Assembly: GCF_041886205.1 (NCBI RefSeq)
Contig: NZ_CP169029.1
Source of the DNA: Escherichia coli
GTDB lineage: Bacteria > Pseudomonadota > Gammaproteobacteria > Enterobacterales > Enterobacteriaceae
Length of the DNA stretch: 64,000 nt
Reading direction: 5' to 3' (one strand)
Shown here: piece by piece, positions 1 through 9,058 of the stretch
How positions within the stretch are numbered: the stretch's first letter is position 1
How the letters are laid out: every line of letters starts with the position of its first letter
The notes under the pieces: model-generated
Databases searched by the model: none
Told to the model about the DNA's origin: nothing
What the model saw: the letters and a program-made list of their open reading frames with translations, nothing else
Translations under genes and position numbers: made by a program

Positions 1-456
1 TGCGGCTCCACCGCGTTTCTGCTTGGGCGGGAAATGTGTGGCAAGCCAGTGCAAATCATCACTAATTATCTACCGCTGGCAAATTACCTGATCGATCAAG
101 AACATGACAGCGTGATCATTATGGGTGGACAGTACAACAAAAGTCAGTCCATCACTTTAAGCCCGCAGGGCAGCGAAAACAGTCTCTATGCCGGGCACTG
201 GATGTTTACCAGCGGAAAAGGGCTGACCGCAGAAGGGTTGTATAAAACCGATATGCTGACAGCAATGGCAGAGCAGAAGATGCTGAGCGTGGTAGGGAAA
301 CTGGTGGTACTGGTTGATAGCAGTAAGATTGGCGAACGCGCGGGAATGCTTTTTAGCCGTGCCGATCAAATCGATATGCTTATCACCGGCAAAAATGCTA
401 ACCCGGAAATCCTGCAACAACTGGAAGCGCAAGGGGTCAGCATTCTGCGTGTTTAA
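1..456 (+). CDS. ulaR: DeoR-family repressor UlaR, 3' portion (5' end outside window)
   Basis: Open frame from position 1 to stop at 456; C-terminal sequence recognised as UlaR; convergent with yjfP as in E. coli. Confidence 0.8.
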
Positions 457-1202
457 AGATGCTGGCGGAAAAATGTCACGGCAGCATCTAACGCCTCAGG
501 CGTAATGCGGTGACGCACGCCTGGCTGCCATGAACAGGTTAGCAGTTTATCCCGTCCCGTCTCGCTTAAGGCCTGCTGCAAACGTAGTGATTCGTCGGCA
601 GGCACAACGTCATCGTCGAGGCCATGCCACAGCAGTAGAGGTCTGTCACCAAGTTGTTCCAGGTGGTTTGTCGCTTCCCACTCTGCCAGCGGCGCGACAA
701 TGTTATTGAATTCATTCTGCTGTGCTGCCGTTTCAGGTATCAGCGGTGGAAACAGTGAACGGGCGAGCGATGTAAAATAGCCCGATCCCATCATGCTGGC
801 GGTACATTTCACCGTGGGGTGGCGAGCGGTAATTCCCAGTGCCGTCATCGCGCCCATCGACGCGCCACCGACTGCCAGACGGTCATCAAGCAGCCAGTTT
901 TCTTCGGCTATTGCCGCACGTAAAGTACTGAATTCCTGCATACTTTGTAGCAAGATTTGCCAGAATTGATTTAACCGCCGCGCTGCGTCACCACTAAAAC
1001 GGCTACCGTGATCGGGCGCATCCGGCATGATCACCCGCAAACCAGCCTGCGCCAGCGCAACGGCAAAATAGCTATACACCAGACTGGATGAAGTAAAGCC
1101 GTGATAAAAAATTACGCACGGTAACGGGGTATCTTTTTGCCCGACAGGATAAGCATGAAGAACGGGAATATCTGCCAGCTCGCGTGATTCTATTTCAATC
1201 AT
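453..1202 (-). CDS. yjfP: esterase YjfP (alpha/beta hydrolase)
   Basis: 249 aa ORF, length and sequence match E. coli YjfP; hydrolase GxSxG-like motif (GGASMG). Confidence 0.9.
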
Positions 1203-1383
1203 CTGTCTCTCCTTTTTGTCTGGTATGACATGAAGAAATCCTTAGCACAAGTTTCTGCTGGCGGTATTAGTTCATAATGTTGAGATGTGGGTTACGCTTT
1301 CGTCACGTTTTCATTCAAAAATCGCGTACCAGGTAACAATTCGGGAACATTCCCCCAAAGTTAAATTAATAAGGCACTACACT

Positions 1384-1713
1384 ATGGTTAGCAGGAAACG
1401 TAATAGCGTTATTTACCGGTTTGCCAGTTTATTATTGGTGTTGATGTTAAGTGCCTGTAGCGCACTGCAAGGTACGCCACAGCCAGCACCGCCAGTAACG
1501 GACCATCCGCAAGAGATTCGCCGCGACCAGACGCAAGGGTTACAGCGAATAGGTAGCGTAAGCACGATGGTTCGGGGTTCTCCGGATGACGCATTAGCAG
1601 AAATCAGAGCGAAAGCTGTCGCTGCAAAAGCTGATTATTACGTTGTCGTCATGGTGGACGAAACCATCGTGACAGGACAGTGGTATTCACAAGCCATTTT
1701 GTACCGTAAATAA
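1384..1713 (+). CDS. bsmA: DUF1471 lipoprotein BsmA (biofilm stress and motility)
   Basis: Track ORF 1285..1713 trimmed to internal ATG giving the 109 aa lipoprotein (signal peptide ending LSAC). Confidence 0.85.
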   Translation: MVSRKRNSVIYRFASLLLVLMLSACSALQGTPQPAPPVTDHPQEIRRDQTQGLQRIGSVSTMVRGSPDDALAEIRAKAVAAKADYYVVVMVDETIVTGQWYSQAILYRK

Positions 1714-1861
1714 ATCAGACAACTTACATAGTCAGCTTTACATTGCTTTGCGTCCCTATGCGTTTACCTGTGCACAATAAATTACCGGCTGGAAGCCTGG
1801 GCGTTTATTACCGCGATGGAATGCCCTGCAACATGTGGGGAAACGAAAAATGGAGCTGACG

Positions 1862-2137
1862 ATGAAACAATTACTTGCCTCACCCTCGCTGCAATTAGTG
1901 ACTTATCCTGCGAGCGCCACGGCACAGTCTGCAGAATTCGCCAGTGCTGACTGCGTGACGGGCCTGAATGAAATAGGTCAGATCTCAGTTAGCAATATTT
2001 CAGGGGATCCGCAGGACGTGGAACGTATCGTGGCGTTAAAGGCCGATGAACAAGGTGCGTCATGGTACCGCATTATTACCATGTACGAAGACCAGCAGCC
2101 TGATAACTGGCGCGTGCAGGCGATACTGTATGCGTGA
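1862..2137 (+). CDS. yjfN: DUF1471 family periplasmic protein YjfN
   Basis: Track ORF 1835..2137 trimmed to MKQLLASPSL start (91 aa); paralogous to bsmA C-terminal domain. Confidence 0.8.
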   Translation: MKQLLASPSLQLVTYPASATAQSAEFASADCVTGLNEIGQISVSNISGDPQDVERIVALKADEQGASWYRIITMYEDQQPDNWRVQAILYA

Positions 2138-2162
2138 GTGTCATCTACAGCAAATGAACAAT

Positions 2163-2196
2163 GCCGGATGCGGCGCGAGCGCCTTGTCCGGCCTAC
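2163..2196. repeat. REP (repetitive extragenic palindrome) element
   Basis: gccggatgcggcg...ccggcctac palindromic unit typical of E. coli REP, located between convergent yjfN and aidB. Confidence 0.55.
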
Positions 2197-2253
2197 AATT
2201 TTCACATATTTCATTGAGTTAATCGAAACCAGCGTCGCATCAGTCGTATACGC

Positions 2254-3879
2254 TTACACACACACTCCCCCCGTCGCCCGCAGCAATAAATCATTCTGGA
2301 TCTGCTCTGACAACCGTACGCCGCCGCGCGTATCTAACATCACCTGACACCACGCCTGCGCCATTGGCGGAGAGGCATATTTCAACATTTGCGCACCGCA
2401 GCCCAGCAGGAATAGCTGATGAGTAATCTCTCGCCCCAGTTCTTCAGCTGGCTTACGCAGCTGCTGCTGTAAACGACGAACCGCGCGATCAAAATAGCGA
2501 TCCTGCCCTTTCACTTCCACAAATGCTTCCGACAATAAGTCGTATACGCCCGCTTGCTTATTGAGAACGCGCAGCACATCCAGGCACATAATGTTGCCGG
2601 AACCTTCCCAAATACTGTTTACCGGCATCTCCCGGTAAAGCCGCGGCAGCTCGCTCTCCTCGCAATAACCAATGCCGCCCAGCACCTCCATCGCTTCGGC
2701 CACAAACGGCATACCTCGTTTGCAGATCACAAATTTTGCCGCAGGTGTAAATAAACGCGCCCACAGAGCTTCTTTGGCATCGGCGCGCCGGTCCCACGCT
2801 CGCGCAAGACGAAACAGCAACGCCGTTTGCCCTTCAAGCTGAAGTGCCATGCGACTTAAGACATGACGCATAAGGGGCTGTTGGATCAATGGATTACCAA
2901 AAACATGGCGTTGATGTGCATGATAAATCGCCAGCGAAAATGCACGGCGCATCATGGCATGGCTACCCAGGGCGCAATCAAAACGCGTCATCCCCCCCAT
3001 TTTCAGGATCAGACGAATTCCTTCCCCTTCCTGCCCCAATAACCAGCCAATGGCATCCTGAAACTCCACTTCACAACTGGCGTTAGAGCGATTACCCAGC
3101 TTATCTTTCAGCCGTTCGAGGCGAATCGCGTTGCGTTGCCCGTCAGGCAAAAAGCGCGGCACAAAAAAGCAGGACAAACCGCCCGCGGTCTGCGCCAGCA
3201 CCAGATGCGCATCGCTTTGCGGAACCGAGAAAAACCATTTATGCCCCACCAGCCGATAAGAGCCATCCTCCAGACGCTCTGCGCGGGTGGTGTTGCTCAT
3301 GACATCGGAACCGCCCTGCTTTTCCGTCATTCCCATGCCAATCAACAAACCGCGTTTTTGCCCACCTGGCAATAAGTGAGAATCGTAGCGATCGCTCAAC
3401 AGCGGCGTGGTCCAGTCCTGAAACGGCGTGGGTAACATCTGTAACAACAATGGCGTGGCGGCAAAGGTCATCGTTATTGGACATAACGACCCCGCCTCAA
3501 CCTGTGCGTGCAACATAAAACGCGCCGCGCGCGCCACAAATGCGCCGGAGCGAGCGTCTTCTTCCCAGGCAAGATTGTGCACCCGATTGGTACATAGCGC
3601 CTGCATCAGCAGGTGCCAGGCGGGGTGAAAACGCACATCGTCCAGACGGCGTCCTTGCGCATCGTAGCGCAATAATTCGGGCGGATTCACATTCGCCAGC
3701 CGCCCCAGTTCAAGGGATTCAGCCGTTCCTAACTGCTGACCAATACTGGCTAGAAAATCGCTATCCCAGCCAGCTCCTTCACGCGTTACCGCTTCGCAAA
3801 GCGCGCCATCAGACAGGTATAAGTTGCTGTTATTTAATGGTATAGGTTGATTAAAAACGGTGTGAGTTTGCCAGTGCAC
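2254..3879 (-). CDS. aidB: isovaleryl-CoA dehydrogenase-like adaptive-response protein AidB
   Basis: Track ORF 547 aa; recognised AidB sequence beginning at GTG (VHWQTHTVFNQ) giving 541 aa. Confidence 0.9.
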   Translation of the reverse strand: MHWQTHTVFNQPIPLNNSNLYLSDGALCEAVTREGAGWDSDFLASIGQQLGTAESLELGRLANVNPPELLRYDAQGRRLDDVRFHPAWHLLMQALCTNRVHNLAWEEDARSGAFVARAARFMLHAQVEAGSLCPITMTFAATPLLLQMLPTPFQDWTTPLLSDRYDSHLLPGGQKRGLLIGMGMTEKQGGSDVMSNTTRAERLEDGSYRLVGHKWFFSVPQSDAHLVLAQTAGGLSCFFVPRFLPDGQRNAIRLERLKDKLGNRSNASCEVEFQDAIGWLLGQEGEGIRLILKMGGMTRFDCALGSHAMMRRAFSLAIYHAHQRHVFGNPLIQQPLMRHVLSRMALQLEGQTALLFRLARAWDRRADAKEALWARLFTPAAKFVICKRGMPFVAEAMEVLGGIGYCEESELPRLYREMPVNSIWEGSGNIMCLDVLRVLNKQAGVYDLLSEAFVEVKGQDRYFDRAVRRLQQQLRKPAEELGREITHQLFLLGCGAQMLKYASPPMAQAWCQVMLDTRGGVRLSEQIQNDLLLRATGGVCV

Positions 3880-3962
3880 TGTGTCTCCCTCCATCAATGG
3901 CAGTCACCATTAGTATGGTCACTGCCATGGATTCATGACAGAAAGAGATTGCTAAAACATTC

Positions 3963-5126
3963 TTATCCAGCAATGTAATGCGGAACGAAACGTGAGCTGT
4001 CTTTGGTGATCAGCGTGTTATCTTCACGGATCCCCATTCCGCACGCTTCATCATCGACAATCCAGCTACCGATGAGTGTGTAGCTATCGCCAAATCGCGG
4101 CAGAGGTTGAAACGCCTGGTAGATCATCGGTTCATCGGCGTAATCACCATCAGCGTGGTCAACGACGTTATTCTGACCGTCGAAAATGGTGACGTTGCCG
4201 CCTTCGCGCGAGTAGATCGGTTTACGCACATAGCTTTCGCCAGCGGCAATCTGCGATTTTTCACCCTCAAACCAGGATGCAAGAAGGTTAGGATGACCAG
4301 GAAAGAAGCGCCAAAGCAGCGGCATTAGCCCTTTATTACTCAAGATACTTTTCCATAACGGCTCCACCCATTGCTCGCGACGCTTGCGCAGCAGCGGACC
4401 GTTATCGTCACGCATCATCCACTCCAGCGGATACAGCTTAAATGCACGCTGGATGACATTATCATCAAGATCGGTCAGTACGCCGCCGACGCCCAAACCG
4501 AGATCTTCAATGTAGATAAACCGCGACTCCTGCCCTGCCTGCTGGGCGCAGTCCTGCAAGTACAGCACGGTGCTCCTGTCTTCATCGGTGTCCTGACAGC
4601 AGCAAAAATAAAACGGTTCCCGACTGTAAAGCTCACTAAAGCGCGAAATCAGGCGTTCCTGAATGGCATTGTACTGATCGGCATCACGCGGAATAATGCC
4701 GCTGCGCCGGGCATCCTCCAGCCACAACCACTGGAAATAAGCCGACTCATACAACGAGGTCGGCGTATCAGCGTTGTACTCCAGCAACTTAACCGGTGCA
4801 TTGCCACACCAGGCAAAATCCATACGGCCATACAGCGAAGGATCGCGTGCGCGCCAGCTTTCGGCGATCACATCCCAGTACAACGACGGGATCGCCAGTT
4901 GCGTCAGGATCTCTTCGTCTTTAACCGCGCGATCCACCACCTCAAGACACATCTGATGCAGTTCCGCAGTCGGTTTTTCGATCTGCTCTTCAATCTGGCG
5001 CAGAGTAAAACGGTAAGCCCGACTCTCGTCCCAATAGATTTCATTGTCGATGATATGAAAGTCGAAACCGTTGTCAGCGGCGATTTGGTCCAGATCCCGC
5101 CGCACAGGAACGTTGTGTCTCAGCAT
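3963..5126 (-). CDS. yjfC: ATP-grasp protein YjfC (glutathionylspermidine synthetase-like)
   Basis: Track ORF trimmed to MLRHNVPVRR start (387 aa); matches E. coli YjfC. Confidence 0.85.
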   Translation of the reverse strand: MLRHNVPVRRDLDQIAADNGFDFHIIDNEIYWDESRAYRFTLRQIEEQIEKPTAELHQMCLEVVDRAVKDEEILTQLAIPSLYWDVIAESWRARDPSLYGRMDFAWCGNAPVKLLEYNADTPTSLYESAYFQWLWLEDARRSGIIPRDADQYNAIQERLISRFSELYSREPFYFCCCQDTDEDRSTVLYLQDCAQQAGQESRFIYIEDLGLGVGGVLTDLDDNVIQRAFKLYPLEWMMRDDNGPLLRKRREQWVEPLWKSILSNKGLMPLLWRFFPGHPNLLASWFEGEKSQIAAGESYVRKPIYSREGGNVTIFDGQNNVVDHADGDYADEPMIYQAFQPLPRFGDSYTLIGSWIVDDEACGMGIREDNTLITKDSSRFVPHYIAG

Positions 5127-5128
5127 GA

Positions 5129-5767
5129 TTAGCCTCCCCAATGCCCACGGGCGCTGGAAGAACGACCATAGCCGCCGCGCGAAACGGTCGACGCTTTTCT
5201 GGTGGTAAAGCCGCCTGAAGAGTAAGACTCTTTTTTGCCAGAACCGGAGCGCCAGGAGTAATCACCAGAAGTGTTGCGCCAGACGGGGCGCGAAGCAAAA
5301 GAGGAACCGCCGCTGTTATAAACAAACTGCTCATCGCGATCTTTACGAATAACCCGGCTTAACAAAAATCCAGAAACGACCGGGATCCAACTCTGTTCAA
5401 CGTTGTCGTAGTAACAATTTTCATACTTAGACTGACAATTCTGCTGAGTCATATTCTTCGGAACATCGGCATAAAATGCTGCTTTGGCGTTGTTCCAGCC
5501 ACGCGCGCAAATGTCGGCATTATTACCGTCATCAATACAATCCTGCACAGTCGAGTAAAACGTTCCGTCGCCGTCGTTATCGACATCGCTACTTTCACTC
5601 CATCCTTTGACTATTAAAAAAGCGGCACCGCCCATTAGCGCCAACGTTAAGTATTTTTGTGCGTAGCGATTGCGACGCGGTTCAAAAGGATTATTCGGTC
5701 TACCAATGCGACTGATCGCTCCGTGACCAATTTTACTGTTATTTCTTGATTTGCGTTTTCTGGCCAT
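5129..5767 (-). CDS. yjfM: DUF1190 protein YjfM
   Basis: 212 aa ORF matching YjfM; N-terminal hydrophobic segment, Gly/Ser-rich C-terminus. Confidence 0.85.
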   Translation of the reverse strand: MARKRKSRNNSKIGHGAISRIGRPNNPFEPRRNRYAQKYLTLALMGGAAFLIVKGWSESSDVDNDGDGTFYSTVQDCIDDGNNADICARGWNNAKAAFYADVPKNMTQQNCQSKYENCYYDNVEQSWIPVVSGFLLSRVIRKDRDEQFVYNSGGSSFASRPVWRNTSGDYSWRSGSGKKESYSSGGFTTRKASTVSRGGYGRSSSARGHWGG

Positions 5768-5776
5768 GATCGTCCA

Positions 5777-6175
5777 TTACCATGTCATACAAGCTGCGTT
5801 AAAAATACCGCCAGCCAGCGCGGCGGTTCCCATAAACATTCCTGCTGCGGTATTGTGATTAATAATTTTTTCGCTTAATGCGGGCATATAAAGTCTGACA
5901 CCAGCAAAAACGAGTAACTGAATCACCAGTGCAATCCCGCCCCAGGCGAAATAGTCTGGAATACTCACCGCATTGATTGCCGCACTGGATAAGGGGATCA
6001 CGTAACCCAACAATGTACCGCTGAATGCTAGTGACGCCGCGGTATTATTGTTTTTGATTAATTGCCATTCGTTGTGCGGTGTAATTTTGGAGTAGATAAA
6101 CAGAAAAATAATCACCATAGCCACGCCAATAAAAAAATAGGCGCTAAAGGCAAGAAGTGAATCCAGTATATGCAT
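5777..6175 (-). CDS. yjfL: DUF350 inner-membrane protein YjfL
   Basis: Track ORF trimmed to MHILDSLLAF start (132 aa); four predicted hydrophobic helices. Confidence 0.8.
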   Translation of the reverse strand: MHILDSLLAFSAYFFIGVAMVIIFLFIYSKITPHNEWQLIKNNNTAASLAFSGTLLGYVIPLSSAAINAVSIPDYFAWGGIALVIQLLVFAGVRLYMPALSEKIINHNTAAGMFMGTAALAGGIFNAACMTW

Positions 6176-6192
6176 TGTAAACGTCCTTGTAA

Positions 6193-6852
6193 TTAACCAA
6201 TAATATGAAGTGATGTCAGCGGAATATCGACACCCAACGCGCGCGAAAATAACCACTCTGGCTCGCCGAGATCGTTAAAAGATTCCTCACCATTTAACAG
6301 CAAATATTCGTAAGTATCTTCGGTCACTTGCCGCTGGTAGCCCATGGTAAAATTATGGACCTCCCATTTGGCATGGTTTTGATTTTCTACTTTTTCCAGC
6401 ATGTAGACGGGTTCGATATTTCCCGGTTCTTCGCTGTTAAAAAATCGCTGCCAGCGTTTTCCCTGCCAGTTTAAGGTCATTGCCCCCATCGCTTTAGCGT
6501 TGATCGCCTCGCGCCAGTGACTCTCTTTACTGATACCGTAGCTCTCTTCATAGACAAAGAGCTTGATATCATCAATGTCATCAATATTTTCGCCGCCGGT
6601 GGTATTGATTTGCAGAAACTCATCGCCTGAAGTGTAGTAGCGGAAAATCTGGCTACCGCCGCCCAGATCGATGCGACTGACAGCGGCTACCGTAAATTCC
6701 TCACCCGGCAGCGCAATCAGCAATTCATCTTCCAGCAAACGAAACGCTAACGTGTCAAGCGTAAAGCCACTATTGAGATGAAGTCCCAGCGGACCGCGAG
6801 CGATAGCAGGCTTATTATCCTTGCCAAACAGACGCTGGAAAAAACCAGACAT
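6193..6852 (-). CDS. yjfK: DUF2491 protein YjfK
   Basis: 219 aa ORF matching YjfK. Confidence 0.85.
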   Translation of the reverse strand: MSGFFQRLFGKDNKPAIARGPLGLHLNSGFTLDTLAFRLLEDELLIALPGEEFTVAAVSRIDLGGGSQIFRYYTSGDEFLQINTTGGENIDDIDDIKLFVYEESYGISKESHWREAINAKAMGAMTLNWQGKRWQRFFNSEEPGNIEPVYMLEKVENQNHAKWEVHNFTMGYQRQVTEDTYEYLLLNGEESFNDLGEPEWLFSRALGVDIPLTSLHIIG

Positions 6853-6902
6853 ATTTTATCCTTAAAATAGTTGCCAGCCTTGCAGTGAGGCTGGCAAAAA
6901 AA

Positions 6903-7601
6903 TTACTCGCCCTGTTGGCGTTGCAGTCTTGCTAATACATCCTGGGCGCTACTTTTATTGCTACCGCCAATTCCGGCTTCCGCCAGCTTTTCGTCAAGGT
7001 CGCGACCGTCTGCGACTTTCTCCAACTGTGCGGCAGCATCCAGGCGAGCCTGACGTTCGGCCTGACGCGTTTGCAGGCGTTTTAAGGATTCTGCCGCTGT
7101 CGAAACGCTGGAAGATGCGCCAACGGTAGAGGTTGTTACAGCCTGTTGTGCACGCTGCATGGCTTCAGTGGCTTTAACGACTTCCATTTGCTGCTCAAAC
7201 TGAGCGATACGCTGCGCTGTCGCTGTAACTGCTTTTTCCACGCCATCACGGGAGACTTCCAGATTCGACAACACTTGCTCTTCAGCGGTAATGAGATTCT
7301 CAAGGCGCGCGATTTCTTCAGCAACTTCGTTAATCAACGACGGATTAACGTTCTTGCTTAACGCTTCCAGCGCACGGGCTTCCAGACTGGCTTTGCGCTC
7401 ACGTAAATCTTTCAGCTTATCGTGACTTAATTTCACCCGCGCCAGCAGATCAACGCGAGATTTTCCGGCTTTATCGAGTTCAGCTTTAGCGTCACGAATA
7501 TGCTGTTCCAGCATGCGCACGCCCTGGGTTTCTTCAATGGATTCTTCCGCCTGGGAGATAAACGATTTCCCCAGCGTAAATAAACTTTTTAAAATTCCCA
7601 T
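6903..7601 (-). CDS. yjfJ: PspA/IM30-family protein YjfJ
   Basis: 232 aa coiled-coil-rich ORF matching YjfJ (PspA/Vipp1 family). Confidence 0.85.
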   Translation of the reverse strand: MGILKSLFTLGKSFISQAEESIEETQGVRMLEQHIRDAKAELDKAGKSRVDLLARVKLSHDKLKDLRERKASLEARALEALSKNVNPSLINEVAEEIARLENLITAEEQVLSNLEVSRDGVEKAVTATAQRIAQFEQQMEVVKATEAMQRAQQAVTTSTVGASSSVSTAAESLKRLQTRQAERQARLDAAAQLEKVADGRDLDEKLAEAGIGGSNKSSAQDVLARLQRQQGE

Positions 7602-7619
7602 AAATACCCGTCCTTGTAA

Positions 7620-8021
7620 TTAGTGTGAATATTCTTCTGTAATTTCAGCCAGATCCAATGCGTTATCTACCAGCGAGGTTATCTCAAGCAGGATATCTTC
7701 AAGAGAAGATTTAAGCGATAACGCCCCGAAAACAATGTAATACTCTTCCTGTTGTACGCTGGAGATCCCTACCGATGACAACGGCATCATCTTCTGATTT
7801 CTTAATAAGAAGGTATTAAATTCATCTGGATTGCTGATACTACTCACCGGACAAATAAAGGTTTCGATAATCATTTGGCGGGAAGTAAAAAGAATATTGA
7901 TTTGCAAATCGCCATAATCATTCATTTTAATAATTAATGCGTTCTCGCTATTTGTTACATCAATATTTTGTTCAGGTACAGTTTGCAGCGCTGTCGCTAG
8001 CGCCAACGGATTCCATGTCAT
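7620..8021 (-). CDS. yjfI: DUF2170 protein YjfI
   Basis: 133 aa ORF matching YjfI; first gene of yjfIJKLMC cluster. Confidence 0.8.
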   Translation of the reverse strand: MTWNPLALATALQTVPEQNIDVTNSENALIIKMNDYGDLQINILFTSRQMIIETFICPVSSISNPDEFNTFLLRNQKMMPLSSVGISSVQQEEYYIVFGALSLKSSLEDILLEITSLVDNALDLAEITEEYSH

Positions 8022-8100
8022 ATATTATTCCATATAGATTAAGTTTAAATATTAATAAAATGAATATTTGCAATACGTAATTATCTTACCAGCTATAGAC

Positions 8101-8127
8101 AAAAAAAAACCATCCAAATCTGGATGG
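8101..8127 (-). terminator. Rho-independent terminator downstream of rlmB
   Basis: Perfect hairpin ccatcca-aat-ctggatgg followed by a 9-nt T-run on the minus strand, 20 nt after rlmB stop. Confidence 0.6.
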
Positions 8128-8147
8128 CTTTTCATAATTCTGAGAAA

Positions 8148-8879
8148 TTAGCTGCGCTGGCGCACCGCTTCAAATAAGCAAATTCCGGTCGCAACCGAAA
8201 CGTTCAGGGAAGAAACGCTTCCAGCCATCGGGATGCTGATCAACTCATCGCAATGTTCACGAGTCAGGCGACGCATACCTTCACCTTCCGCACCCATCAC
8301 CAGCGCCAGGCGTCCGGTCATTTTGCTCTGATAGAGTGTATGATCCGCCTCGCCTGCCGTACCGACGATCCAGATATTCTCTTCCTGCAACATACGCATG
8401 GTGCGCGCAAGGTTAGTCACCCGAATCAGCGGAACGCTTTCTGCCGCGCCGCAGGCTACTTTTTTCGCCGTAGCGTTGAGCTGTGCGGAGCGATCTTTCG
8501 GCACAATCACCGCATGAACGCCTGCGGCGTCCGCACTACGCAGGCACGCGCCGAGGTTGTGCGGATCGGTTACGCCGTCGAGGATCAGCAGGAACGGTTG
8601 ATCGAGCGAAGCGATCAGATCCGGCAGATCGTTTTCCTGATACTGACGTCCTGGCTTCACGCGGGCGATAATGCCCTGATGCACGGCACCGTCGCTTTTC
8701 TCGTCGAGATATTGGCGGTTTGCCAACTGGATAACCACGCCCTGAGACTCAAGGGCGTGAATCAGCGGTAACAGACGTTTATCTTCACGGCCTTTTAAAA
8801 TAAAGACTTCCTGAAAACGTTCAGGGGCGCGCTCCAGCAGGGCCTGCACTGCGTGGATGCCGTAAATCATTTCGCTCAT
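8148..8879 (-). CDS. rlmB: 23S rRNA (Gm2251) 2'-O-methyltransferase RlmB
   Basis: 243 aa ORF matching RlmB (SpoU family). Confidence 0.9.
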
Positions 8880-8903
8880 TAATGTACTCGTTGTTTACGT
8901 TTT

Positions 8904-9002
8904 GCCTGATGCACTACGTTTATCCGGCCTACATGATCTCTGCAATATATTGAATTTGCGTGATTATGTAGGCCGGATAAGGCGTTCACGCCGCATCCGG
9001 CA
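8904..9002. repeat. BIME (pair of inverted REP units)
   Basis: gcctgatgcactacgtttatccggcctac and gtaggccggataaggcgttcacgccgcatccggca in inverted orientation between rnr and rlmB. Confidence 0.6.
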
Positions 9003-9058
9003 TGAACAAAGCGCATTTTGTCAGCAATCTAACCCTCTTCTTTTAAAGAGGGTATTGA

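Noticed and set aside
4371-5132. 253 aa plus-strand ORF
   Set aside because: Antisense to yjfC; shadow ORF
8022-8147. AT-rich spacer with a 9-nt A-run upstream of yjfI
   Set aside because: Explained as the rlmB terminator plus the yjfI promoter region; no independent feature supportable
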